Virus record (IMG/VR): IMGVR_UViG_3300031963_012969 | Reading direction: 5' to 3' (one strand) | From: a virus | DNA length: 64,000 nucleotides | Part shown: one piece after another, positions 9,948 to 18,474 of the stretch | How the letters are laid out: every line of letters starts with the position of its first letter | How positions within the stretch are numbered: the stretch's first letter is position 1 | Notes under the pieces: generated by a model | The model's database searches: none | The model's input: the letters and a program-made list of their open reading frames with translations, nothing else | Told to the model about the DNA's origin: nothing | Made by a program: the position numbers and the translations under genes

Positions 9948-10721
9948 TTATATTTTTATTTTGTGGGATGGGTCGGTAACTGGAAGCCTTGAAGCTAAAA
10001 CTTGCTGTTTTATTGTCATTGTTCTGAATTCTATTTCTTCCACTTTTCTTACCTCATACCTAGAATTTGTAAGTGGCGCAACCCAAATGTCTTGAGGTTT
10101 AATAACCGGAAACGGCATAGTAAAAAATAAAACATTGTCAGGTTCCGATATGCCAGTCTCTTCAACTGATAATTGTTTTGTAGTTGTTGGTGGGGCGTCT
10201 GCATATGCAACATGCATTTCTATTGCGGGCCAGTATCCCCCTTTAAATTTTTTTCCGAGCCCAGACTCGTCTTCAGTTCCAACTGGAGAACCTAATATGG
10301 GGTGAACATTATCTGCTACCTCCCCAAATGTTTTTAATCTTAACAAGAATCCTGGGATACCAGAAAATTTTTTAAGTTCTATATTCCATCTTCTAAGCAT
10401 TTCTCTGTATCTAAGAAAATCTTGTTTACTTAATGTATTATTATAAAAACTTGGAGCACTTATGTCCTGAACTCTTCCACCTTCTTTTGCAACAGCCCTA
10501 AACCATATTGGGTCTGTATTGGACAATAATCTATCAGTAAACTTCAGGGTAACGTCTGATACATTAATTACAGTCTTTAACGTTTTCCATGGACCACTTT
10601 CATTTGGTCCCCACTCTATATCAAAACTGAACAATCCGTTACCTATTCCAAACCATGATATATCATAACTCCCCAATAATGTAGAGGGGGAAACGCAAAA
10701 TTTTGTAAATTTGAACGCCAT
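9948..10721 (-). CDS. Head closure/neck protein (putative)
   Basis: N-terminal FN3-like segment and GKKFKGGYW...PVIKPQDIWV...RYEV; synteny. Confidence 0.55.
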   Translation of the reverse strand: MAFKFTKFCVSPSTLLGSYDISWFGIGNGLFSFDIEWGPNESGPWKTLKTVINVSDVTLKFTDRLLSNTDPIWFRAVAKEGGRVQDISAPSFYNNTLSKQDFLRYREMLRRWNIELKKFSGIPGFLLRLKTFGEVADNVHPILGSPVGTEDESGLGKKFKGGYWPAIEMHVAYADAPPTTTKQLSVEETGISEPDNVLFFTMPFPVIKPQDIWVAPLTNSRYEVRKVEEIEFRTMTIKQQVLASRLPVTDPSHKIKI

Positions 10722-10722
10722 T

Positions 10723-11178
10723 TTAGAATGGTCTTAAATAACTATATGGCCCAGAAATAAAGCCAAAAGCTTGTTCAGCGTTTTTTGTCTTCTTTATTTG
10801 AGTGATACGTTGGTCAAACTCCTGCATCATTACATTAGCAATAGATAGGTATTCTCCAGTCTTCTGTTTATCTTGTATAGTTGTTCCATCTTTAGTTGAA
10901 AAGTCTAACCTATTTCTAGTGTAGTTCATCGCCTTTGATCTAAGCAATGATGCAGCAGTTCCGAGTAGCATTTCATATCTATACGGAAAATTTTCGACTG
11001 TATATACGTCAACCATTGGAAGTGTTGAATTATATTTATCTACAGTTAACTGCATACCAGAATGTATTTCTTCGTCAGAAAATTCAACAGAATCCAACAA
11101 GAAATTCTCTGAGGCTGTGCGATCCATCATGAAGAATCGCACATCCTGTGGAGTTACTATCTGGACTTCTGGGGTCAT
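10723..11178 (-). CDS. Head-tail adaptor/neck protein (putative)
   Basis: VRFFMMDRT..N.LL...EFSDEEI helical adaptor-like pattern; synteny. Confidence 0.55.
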   Translation of the reverse strand: MTPEVQIVTPQDVRFFMMDRTASENFLLDSVEFSDEEIHSGMQLTVDKYNSTLPMVDVYTVENFPYRYEMLLGTAASLLRSKAMNYTRNRLDFSTKDGTTIQDKQKTGEYLSIANVMMQEFDQRITQIKKTKNAEQAFGFISGPYSYLRPF

Positions 11179-11183
11179 TATTT

Positions 11184-11672
11184 TTATTTTCCTTGGTAAT
11201 ATTTCAATAATTCACCAATTTGTTGTATGTTCATTTGTGGAACACCTATCGACAACGCTGCAGCTTGTGCATTTTGTTTACTTTTCTGTAAGGTGTTTTC
11301 AACTTTGTCTTTGAATGACAATATAGGAATATTTTTATCTACATTAGCGTTCGCAACCTGCCTTGCAGCATCTAGTCCCGTTTGGAACAAAGAAGGGGCC
11401 GCCGCAGCACCTAGTCCGCCAACAACACCACCAGTTGCACCACCAAGCGCCATGCCCTTCAGAATTTGTTTAACTCTACTTTTTTTGTTTCCTTCTTTGT
11501 CGTATCCTGGGTCACCTGCTTGACTTATGCCACCGATAAGTGCACCGAAACCAGCTCCACCTGCTGCTGCAGCTGGAAGTCCTTTTACCACTGATTCGAT
11601 TTGATTGAATGGTTTATATTCATTGACGGCTTTCGACAATGAATCCATATACGTATTTGCGTATTTATTCAT
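11184..11672 (-). CDS. MNKY-leader glycine-zipper protein (putative internal virion protein)
   Basis: MNKYANTY start; two GxxxG-rich hydrophobic helices. Confidence 0.6.
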   Translation of the reverse strand: MNKYANTYMDSLSKAVNEYKPFNQIESVVKGLPAAAAGGAGFGALIGGISQAGDPGYDKEGNKKSRVKQILKGMALGGATGGVVGGLGAAAAPSLFQTGLDAARQVANANVDKNIPILSFKDKVENTLQKSKQNAQAAALSIGVPQMNIQQIGELLKYYQGK

Positions 11673-11683
11673 AAATTATTGTA

Positions 11684-12055
11684 TTATTCTCTATATAGAG
11701 GAGGTAAAAGTAAGCCACCGAGAGCACCAAGGCTGGCCCCACCTGCTATTCCTAGTGGGATAGAAACTGCCTGCACTCTTGCTTTTGGCATTCTCATTTC
11801 GTTAGCAAACGAAATACCACTTAATAAATTACCTCCATCTGAATTAGCTAGAGCAAAATCTCTTATTACACCAGAGCCCATTCCTCCAGCAAGTCCACCA
11901 GCACCAGCCCCAATTGCAGCCCCAGTAACCGTGTCCCTTAGCATTCGTTTGATTTTTTGAATAGTTGTTAATTTTTTTGTTTTATTTTCGGTAGAGGGTA
12001 GATCTTTTAGTTCTTCCCCGACTTTCTGTATATAAATGTTTGTATATTTATTCAT
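11684..12055 (-). CDS. MNKY-leader glycine-zipper protein
   Basis: MNKYTNIY start; GAAIGAGAGGLAGG and GIAGGASLGALGGLL. Confidence 0.6.
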   Translation of the reverse strand: MNKYTNIYIQKVGEELKDLPSTENKTKKLTTIQKIKRMLRDTVTGAAIGAGAGGLAGGMGSGVIRDFALANSDGGNLLSGISFANEMRMPKARVQAVSIPLGIAGGASLGALGGLLLPPLYRE

Positions 12056-12068
12056 AAGTTATTTTATA

Positions 12069-12608
12069 TTATCCAAACCGCTTTTTAAAAGCAGCTAAAT
12101 TATTTACTGTTTCTGATCTATTGAATCCATGGGATTTTGAGTAATCCCATTGACCATCTGAACCAGCCATAGCTGAGTCCATACTATTTAAAAAGTTTTT
12201 AGACAATTCAGAATTTCTTTCCATGTTCTTTATTCCATACCCTCCAAGAGAGTTCCCCAGACTTGATTTATATGCATCAACCCTGCTTCCACCTGGAGTT
12301 ATTTTATCCAACAATGCTTGAAAAATAGTGTTCTTGCCTAATCTACCAAACATTTTTAGATTTGGATTTGAAGCTAATATAGATGGAATATTTTTACTGG
12401 CAATGCGCCCTCTAGCCTTCATTGACTCATAAGCGTAGTCAGAAACATTAGGTCTTTTCATTAATCCAAATTCTTGCAGCTTAGCATAAAGTGGAGATAT
12501 TTGTCCATGATTTGCTGGATTCCCGGCAGACACAAAAGACCTTGAGTGATCTAAATTTAACCCAGATTGGATTAATTCATTTAAGTAATTTTGTGAGTAC
12601 TTATTCAT
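12069..12608 (-). CDS. MNKY-leader protein paralogous to the N-terminal domain of the tape-measure-like protein
   Basis: Shares KRPxVSDY, TPGGS and WDYSKSxGFxRxET..N.AAF...FG with the ORF at 1-2022. Confidence 0.8.
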   Translation of the reverse strand: MNKYSQNYLNELIQSGLNLDHSRSFVSAGNPANHGQISPLYAKLQEFGLMKRPNVSDYAYESMKARGRIASKNIPSILASNPNLKMFGRLGKNTIFQALLDKITPGGSRVDAYKSSLGNSLGGYGIKNMERNSELSKNFLNSMDSAMAGSDGQWDYSKSHGFNRSETVNNLAAFKKRFG

Positions 12609-13027
12609 TAAATAGAACTTATTATATGCTTGTACTCAATATTGTAAAAGTCAAAAATTTTTAAAGCTTCTTCGCTTCTTTGGTATACCTCTTTGTATAT
12701 AACTTTTTTTATTCCATGTGATGCTATATTCAATGCACATGCTGGGCACGGCATCAAGGTCGAGGCCAATAAGAAACCTTCTCCATTGTTTACGAGTGAC
12801 AATGCATTTGTCTCTGCATGTATTACCAATGGCAGTCGTTTTTCTCTGTCTTCCCAAAAATCATCTGGAGCTACCTTTCCTGGGGCTAAACCATTATAGC
12901 CAGTTGAAATAACTCTATTATTTTTATCAAGAATGCACACACCAACCCTTTTCCATGGATCCTCGCTTCTTGTTCTGGCGACCTCAGCTATTTGCAGTGC
13001 GTACTCTTCCCAATTAATTCTTTTCAT
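12608..13027 (-). CDS. dCMP deaminase
   Basis: HAETNA and PCPAC zinc motifs, RSEDP..RVG, TGYNG. Start moved to MKRINW because the longer ORF overlaps tRNA-Glu. Confidence 0.92.
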   Translation of the reverse strand: MKRINWEEYALQIAEVARTRSEDPWKRVGVCILDKNNRVISTGYNGLAPGKVAPDDFWEDREKRLPLVIHAETNALSLVNNGEGFLLASTLMPCPACALNIASHGIKKVIYKEVYQRSEEALKIFDFYNIEYKHIISSI

Positions 13028-13047
13028 TTTTGTTGTGTTGTGTGTTT

Positions 13048-13122
13048 TGGCATCTCCAAGGGGATTTGAACCCCTACTCTTTCCGTGAAAGGGAAAGGTG
13101 CTAACCATTACACTATAGAGAC
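13048..13122 (-). tRNA. tRNA-Glu(TTC)
   Basis: Cloverleaf; anticodon arm TTTCC-CTTTCAC-GGAAA; GGTTCAAATCC; encoded CCA. Confidence 0.93.
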
Positions 13123-13127
13123 AAAAT

Positions 13128-13202
13128 TGGAGCCGACAGTCGGATTCGAACCGACGACCAGCGGTTTACAAAACCGCTGCTCTACCTCTGAGCTATGTCG
13201 GC
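13128..13202 (-). tRNA. tRNA-Thr(TGT)
   Basis: GCCGACA/TGTCGGC acceptor stem; GCGGT-TTTGTAA-ACCGC; CCA. Confidence 0.95.
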
Positions 13203-13205
13203 AAG

Positions 13206-13281
13206 TGGTAGCGGGAGTGGGAATCGAACCCACCTAAAGAGGCTTATGAGACCCCCCAATTCGCCAGAATTGTATCCCGCA
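13206..13281 (-). tRNA. tRNA-Met(CAT), initiator-like
   Basis: CAT anticodon, T1/T72 mismatch, A11:T24, GGTTCGATTCC, CCA. Confidence 0.85.
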
Positions 13282-13292
13282 ATGTAAAAACC

Positions 13293-13320
13293 AAAATAAT
13301 CGTTTTTATGACATTGTCAA
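13293..13320 (-). promoter_or_regulatory. Sigma70-like promoter for the tRNA/dCMP deaminase unit
   Basis: TTGACA-N16-TATTTT between the capsid terminator and the first tRNA. Confidence 0.5.
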
Positions 13321-13323
13321 AGC

Positions 13324-13359
13324 AAAAAAAGAGGCGGCATTTCTGCCGCCTCAGTTTTT
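13324..13359 (-). terminator. Intrinsic terminator after the major capsid gene
   Basis: GAGGCGGCA-loop-TGCCGCCTC followed by T7 on the minus strand. Confidence 0.9.
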
Positions 13360-13379
13360 ATTTACCAGGAGGGAAACTC

Positions 13380-14372
13380 TTAGAAGAATTTCGCTTTAGC
13401 CACACCAAATGGGTTACCGATAGAGGCACCAATCGAGGAGTAGATAAAGAACTCAACCATGAACGCACGACGATCAACAAACATAGTTGGTTGTTCGAGT
13501 TCGTAGAACTTGCCAAGGAATTGTGGCGCGGAGAAGTAATAAACTTCACCATCCTTAACGATGTCGTCCTTCATTGTGAAGAGGTGCTTATGGCCGAGAA
13601 GTGTAGTGGCCGAAAGACCGCCTTTGAACAACTCAGTCGAAAGATCACCGATATTGACGTGTTGGAACTTGAGGTACTCGCGTCCAGTATTAACATTCAT
13701 GACGATGAGGTCAGTGTTAAGACGGATAGGAGTTTGCTCAGCGCCGAGAACGCCACCACCAGGAGTAAAGCCTTTCGAGAGGATCTTTGTAGCCTCAACA
13801 AGAGATTCACGTGTCCAACCAGTGCTCACACCGAGTGGATTTCTGGAGGTATTCGTGAAGTCATAGTATTGAACCTTACCAGTAACAGGGCTGGCTGCGT
13901 TTCCAGTTGTTCCAACAATAGAATCAATTGTTTGGAAGAATGGAACGTCTTCAGCTGTCATGTGATCCTTAATCGCGTTTTCTTTGAACACGTTACGAAT
14001 ATCATAATCGTATTGCTCAAGTCTACGAACGTCTTGGAAGTAGCTTGGGCTAAGAATGCGAGCAAAGTCAACACGATATCTGTCGCCCTTCATGATACGA
14101 TTTTTAGGAAGTGTAGCAAAACCAACGCTCATCGAGAGTGGTTGCGAAACTTCTTTGTCAACGATCTTGACTGGCTCATCTGTATCGAGCTGCTTATCGA
14201 GCTCAGCGGCAGTGATTGTTTGAGGTGGGAGGATTTTACGAAGAAGACCCTCTTCACGGAGAGTTAAGCGTGTGAAGTCAGTTGCGACTTCAGCAGCCTT
14301 ATTGAGATCGTTCGAGGCGATCTTCTCCATGAATTTATCATTAATAAGTTTAGCTGGGATATTAGTATTCAT
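13380..14372 (-). CDS. Major capsid protein
   Basis: 330 aa; LREEGLLRKILPP motif; strong codon bias; GGAGG RBS; own terminator; follows protease, scaffold and decoration genes. Confidence 0.88.
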   Translation of the reverse strand: MNTNIPAKLINDKFMEKIASNDLNKAAEVATDFTRLTLREEGLLRKILPPQTITAAELDKQLDTDEPVKIVDKEVSQPLSMSVGFATLPKNRIMKGDRYRVDFARILSPSYFQDVRRLEQYDYDIRNVFKENAIKDHMTAEDVPFFQTIDSIVGTTGNAASPVTGKVQYYDFTNTSRNPLGVSTGWTRESLVEATKILSKGFTPGGGVLGAEQTPIRLNTDLIVMNVNTGREYLKFQHVNIGDLSTELFKGGLSATTLLGHKHLFTMKDDIVKDGEVYYFSAPQFLGKFYELEQPTMFVDRRAFMVEFFIYSSIGASIGNPFGVAKAKFF

Positions 14373-14389
14373 TTTAAATTATCCTCCAA

Positions 14390-14866
14390 TTATTTGGTTC
14401 TGTTTTCTCTTGGAACAAACGTAAGATACGTTTTTGTACCCAAGGAGTATGGTGCACGTGTAACAGTACCAATAACAACTTCAGTGCTGGCAGCAGCGCA
14501 AAGTTGACCATTTTTGGCGGTAAGCTCTGTTCCAACATTGAATGTGTCAGAGGTCTTATAATTGGTTGTTTCGATTTCGAGGGCATTGTTAAACCCAATT
14601 CCATGAATAGCGCCATATGGTAATTGACGGTAGCTGGATGGGCTGTGAGATCCACGATTTGTGGATGGGTCTGCGCTATCAACCATTATGATAAATGGAA
14701 GAGCGCTGATTGTTGTCGTAGCTGGTTTAGACCATTTGCCTGTTGAATCCACAACAGCGACATCACCCTGAGAGAGGGTAACACCTGTAGCGGCTGCAAG
14801 GCTTTTCTCTACGACGGAAGGATTTGGCCAACCCTTCACGATATTTACATTAACTTCGAGAGACAT
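14390..14866 (-). CDS. Capsid decoration/cement protein (putative)
   Basis: 158 aa, small-residue and beta-rich, directly upstream of the capsid gene. Confidence 0.6.
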   Translation of the reverse strand: MSLEVNVNIVKGWPNPSVVEKSLAAATGVTLSQGDVAVVDSTGKWSKPATTTISALPFIIMVDSADPSTNRGSHSPSSYRQLPYGAIHGIGFNNALEIETTNYKTSDTFNVGTELTAKNGQLCAAASTEVVIGTVTRAPYSLGTKTYLTFVPRENRTK

Positions 14867-14906
14867 TTTTTGTTTCCTTTTTTTAAGTTTTGCTCCTACT
14901 TCATGT

Positions 14907-14942
14907 TACTCATGTAACATCGTCTCGTGAGCCTGACGAGAT
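14907..14942 (-). promoter_or_regulatory. Tandem hairpins in the leader of the decoration/capsid genes
   Basis: ATGTTAC-ATGA-GTAACAT and TCTCGT-CAGGCTC-ACGAGA stems in an otherwise AT-rich spacer. Confidence 0.45.
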
Positions 14943-15012
14943 CAACTTAAACTCTTGAATAAATTGATTTTTAATATTTTGTTATATTAATTAAAAATAA
15001 TCAATACTTTTA

Positions 15013-15405
15013 TTATCCTTCCATCACTAATTTCTCAAATGGATCTAATTCCGAAAGAGACTGCAAGTTGCTTGGTTGCCCAAAGCTTTCGGCTTTAAGC
15101 TCAGAAGCAACTTTGTCTAACACGTTAAAGATTTCAGTTGGGTTATCAGCAATTGAAGAAACAAATGCTACTTTATTCGACTCCTCTAATATACCTCTTG
15201 TAACTAAAGTGTCGGCTATTTTATTTAATCCAGATCTAAAGCTTTCTTTCTCAGAAGAAGCAATTTTTTCGAGTTGTTCGGCTTTTTTTACTGCACTTTC
15301 ATAAAGCGGCTCGATTTGCTTGAGTTTTTCTTGATCCTTAAATGCTGGGATAGCTTGTTCAGCAAGCTTCGCAGCATTTTCGATTAATTCTTTAAAATTA
15401 TTCAT
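15013..15405 (-). CDS. Small scaffold-like head assembly protein
   Basis: Helical and acidic, with six K-x-A motifs; AAGGAG RBS. Confidence 0.55.
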   Translation of the reverse strand: MNNFKELIENAAKLAEQAIPAFKDQEKLKQIEPLYESAVKKAEQLEKIASSEKESFRSGLNKIADTLVTRGILEESNKVAFVSSIADNPTEIFNVLDKVASELKAESFGQPSNLQSLSELDPFEKLVMEG

Positions 15406-15426
15406 ATTTATTTAACTCCTTTTTAA

Positions 15427-17085
15427 TTAAGCAGCCTGTGGTGGAACTGGAGCTTGGGCCTCAGGTTCAGCTGGGGCGGATTGAGCTTCTTCGCCTCCAC
15501 CAGATAATCCTAACTCTTGTAACACCTGCATAGCTTCTTCTTCGCTAATTTGTCCAGATTGAAGAAGTGCTTCAAGAGCTTGAAGAATTTGCTGAACTTC
15601 AGGTGGAACATTAGCTATTTTTTGCTCTCTCTCTTGAGCCACCTTGCTCAAAATGGCGTTCTGAATATTTTCCTGTTCCATTGCCGACTTGATCAATTTA
15701 GCGTCTTCAATGGCTGCCTGATTAAGGTAATCAGTGATTTCAGAATCTGTTTTTCCAGCTTCTTTCAATTCAGCAACTTTATCGCAAACCATTTTATCAA
15801 TAGCTTGATTTAATTCATCTTGCTGTTGCGCTGTCTTAAAATATTCTTGTATTTCTTGAGTTGAATAACCAAGTTCAACAAGCGCAGCAAGTTTTCTATT
15901 TGCTTCATCAGCTGCTATATTTTGAGCTGTTTCTCCGTTAATAATTTGAGCGTCATTTTCAGCAGCTTGCTTAACAAGTTCTGTTATTTCTTCATCCGTT
16001 TTACCTTCGGAAACCCACTCAGCAACCTTGCTATTGATATTGGACTCAATCTCTTTGATCTCTTGTTCAGAAAAGATAGAAGCTGTCTTAGGTTCCTCTT
16101 CAGATTCCTCTTGTTCTGTAGCCTCCTCTTGTTCTGGAGCTTCTCCTTCTGGAGACTGACCGCCTTCAGTTGCGGCCTGAAGTTGCATCAAAACTTGTTG
16201 TGCTTGTTCCTCGGAGATTTGACCTTCTTGAACTAATTCCTGTAAGGCTTGCAAAATGAGCTCTATTTCAGATCCTTCTTCTCCAGCTTGTGGAGCAGCC
16301 TCTTCTGGGGCAGCAGCTGCAGCTTCTTCAGCCATTTTGTCTTCAAGTGTCTTAAACAAGAATTTTCCTAATTCATACCCAACAGAAACATTTCTGTAAT
16401 GTGTCGCAATTTTTTCGGCTAATGCGTCTTCATCTATTTCAATTGCACTAGGCTCTTTAACATCTTCACTCGCAACCTTAGATTCATCCTTTTTTCTGAG
16501 GGCTTCCAGGTCTTTAGAGTCAATCTTGTTATTAGAATTTACGTCAATTTTTTTTTGAGCTTCTGTCAATTTTTTTTCAGTAGCCTCTTTATCTTCTTTC
16601 TTGCCTTCTTCCTTTTCTTCTTCCTTGTCTTCTTCAGTAGAATCACCTTCATCTTCGGATGACTCTTCTTTTTTTTCCTCAATTACTTTTTTTAATTGCT
16701 CTGGCATTTCAGCTTGTTTCTCAAGCTCCTCTGTGGCGAGCTTGATATTGCCTAAAAGTTTGTTGACAAGATCAGCGGCAGATCCTTCTTCGGCTATTTT
16801 GCTAGAAGGTGAGCATTCTTTTCTGGAACGCTCTTCTGTAGATGGTTCTTTTGTTCCTGGAGCCTTCTCCGTAGCTTCGACACCCATGGTCAAACCCTTA
16901 TCTGAGTTCGAACCGGTTGCTTTTCCAGATCCTGGTAAAACCTGGTTAACCTCGGAATCGCTAGTGCCTTTAGATACGGACGTTTCATTATTTCCTTGCG
17001 ACTCTTCAGCTGTTTTAGATTCACCTATAAACCTGCGAAAGTCTTCAAGGACTGTATTAAATTTGGGAGCTTTTCTTTTACTCAT
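15427..17085 (-). CDS. Scaffold/prohead core protein
   Basis: 552 aa, E/K/Q/A-rich, internal repeats, ~16 K-x-A motifs, between protease and capsid genes. Confidence 0.7.
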   Translation of the reverse strand: MSKRKAPKFNTVLEDFRRFIGESKTAEESQGNNETSVSKGTSDSEVNQVLPGSGKATGSNSDKGLTMGVEATEKAPGTKEPSTEERSRKECSPSSKIAEEGSAADLVNKLLGNIKLATEELEKQAEMPEQLKKVIEEKKEESSEDEGDSTEEDKEEEKEEGKKEDKEATEKKLTEAQKKIDVNSNNKIDSKDLEALRKKDESKVASEDVKEPSAIEIDEDALAEKIATHYRNVSVGYELGKFLFKTLEDKMAEEAAAAAPEEAAPQAGEEGSEIELILQALQELVQEGQISEEQAQQVLMQLQAATEGGQSPEGEAPEQEEATEQEESEEEPKTASIFSEQEIKEIESNINSKVAEWVSEGKTDEEITELVKQAAENDAQIINGETAQNIAADEANRKLAALVELGYSTQEIQEYFKTAQQQDELNQAIDKMVCDKVAELKEAGKTDSEITDYLNQAAIEDAKLIKSAMEQENIQNAILSKVAQEREQKIANVPPEVQQILQALEALLQSGQISEEEAMQVLQELGLSGGGEEAQSAPAEPEAQAPVPPQAA

Positions 17086-17145
17086 AATTTTTATATTTTT
17101 TGATTTTATTTTGTATTTAGTTTTGTGTCCACTCTTTTTTGAAGG

Positions 17146-18474
17146 TTAATTCAACATGAAAGCATTGAATATTACATCATCATTAGCGGATATATCGTTT
17201 AAAGCAGCAACCTTGTAGGCTAGGTATTGTCTTACCATAGCACGAGACTCTGGCTTTATAGAAGTTTTTTTATCATTTAACTCCTCGTTGTAAAGAACTG
17301 CTTTTTTTATTTTTTCGTCCTGAACATCGGGAGACAAGATAAATTTGTTTATTTCGTTTTTTGTGTTTTGGGTAATGGAAGTATTCCCATTACAAGATGA
17401 ATCAAAATCATGAATAGATGCAATTTTTTCTAGATTAGAAGCCTCTTTCAACTCCAATCTTACACACTCACTTATCACATCCTCTGTTTCGTCTATTAAA
17501 TTTTTGAAATCATTAAATCTGGATCCAGAAGCAAGTTTATAAAAAACCCTAAACGGAAGTATAGATGCATTTTTAGATAAACAGCTAAACATATCTTTTG
17601 GGTTCTTTTTCTGTAGCTCCCTTATTGCAGACTCAGATAGATCTGTTTTATCTAAAACATTTTTAGGGGCATTAATGCCGACTGCATCAATATATTTTTG
17701 TATCTTAGATAGCTTTTCGGCTATAGCTAACTTCGGGGTAGATAGAATTCTGTTTTCTATTAATTCCGCTAATTCAGCCCCGCCCATTGGCTCACTTGTG
17801 TCAATACCAGCAATTTTAGCTAAATCCATAGCGATCATGTCTGCTCCGCGATCAACAAATGATATATCATTCCAATACCCATCTCTATTATATACAAAAC
17901 ATTTTCTTCCATCTGGCAATATCTTGTTTCTTCCAAATGGGTGAGGTGCCGCTTTTTTAACGTGAACACAGTATTCAGATGGCGCTTTACTTACATTTCC
18001 GCATATAGAACAAACATCATTATCACAATGCCACCCCATAGAAAACTTAACGTCTCCACCTCTTTCAACTCTACCAAGCCAATCAGCACACTTATCTATA
18101 TTAGCTGCAATAGCTAATTCTACTCTTCCCATTTTTTCGTTATAAGCAGATTTAATTACGTCTCCATCTCTCTGCTCATGTGGGACTTTACTATTATGAT
18201 GCCTGTATAATTTAGCTTTCTTCACGAAAGTTGGATGAGATTTTTTACAAACCTCCTCCTCAAAAGCATCAAAGTTTAAATTACTTCCAGTCTTCTCAAA
18301 TGACCCTAAAGCAATTAGATGAATTATAGCGTGATTTTTAATTGGCTCTATGTCTCCCCAGCTATGTCTAACAGACGAAGCTATCTTATCTCTCCTTTGT
18401 GGATCGTCAATTATTTGAACCAGATATTCTGCATCTGGATATTCGAATGAGTCGTTGAAAATTAATTTTCTCAT
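17146..18474 (-). CDS. Prohead maturation protease with zinc-finger insert
   Basis: N.N.DAF...LYRHHN (His), FSMGW (Ser), CSICGN...CVH, DISFV..GAD; position in head module. Confidence 0.8.
   Translation of the reverse strand: MRKLIFNDSFEYPDAEYLVQIIDDPQRRDKIASSVRHSWGDIEPIKNHAIIHLIALGSFEKTGSNLNFDAFEEEVCKKSHPTFVKKAKLYRHHNSKVPHEQRDGDVIKSAYNEKMGRVELAIAANIDKCADWLGRVERGGDVKFSMGWHCDNDVCSICGNVSKAPSEYCVHVKKAAPHPFGRNKILPDGRKCFVYNRDGYWNDISFVDRGADMIAMDLAKIAGIDTSEPMGGAELAELIENRILSTPKLAIAEKLSKIQKYIDAVGINAPKNVLDKTDLSESAIRELQKKNPKDMFSCLSKNASILPFRVFYKLASGSRFNDFKNLIDETEDVISECVRLELKEASNLEKIASIHDFDSSCNGNTSITQNTKNEINKFILSPDVQDEKIKKAVLYNEELNDKKTSIKPESRAMVRQYLAYKVAALNDISANDDVIFNAFMLN

Noticed and set aside
2977-11178. 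Tailocin or extracellular contractile injection system
   Set aside because: Portal, protease, scaffold, capsid and tRNA genes show it is a complete phage.
13028-13108. N-terminal extension of dCMP deaminase
   Set aside because: Overlaps tRNA-Glu; homology starts at MKRINW.
13308-14267. 319-aa plus-strand ORF
   Set aside because: Antisense shadow of the codon-biased major capsid gene; it also crosses the terminator. The other short plus-strand and nested ORFs in the track are rejected likewise.
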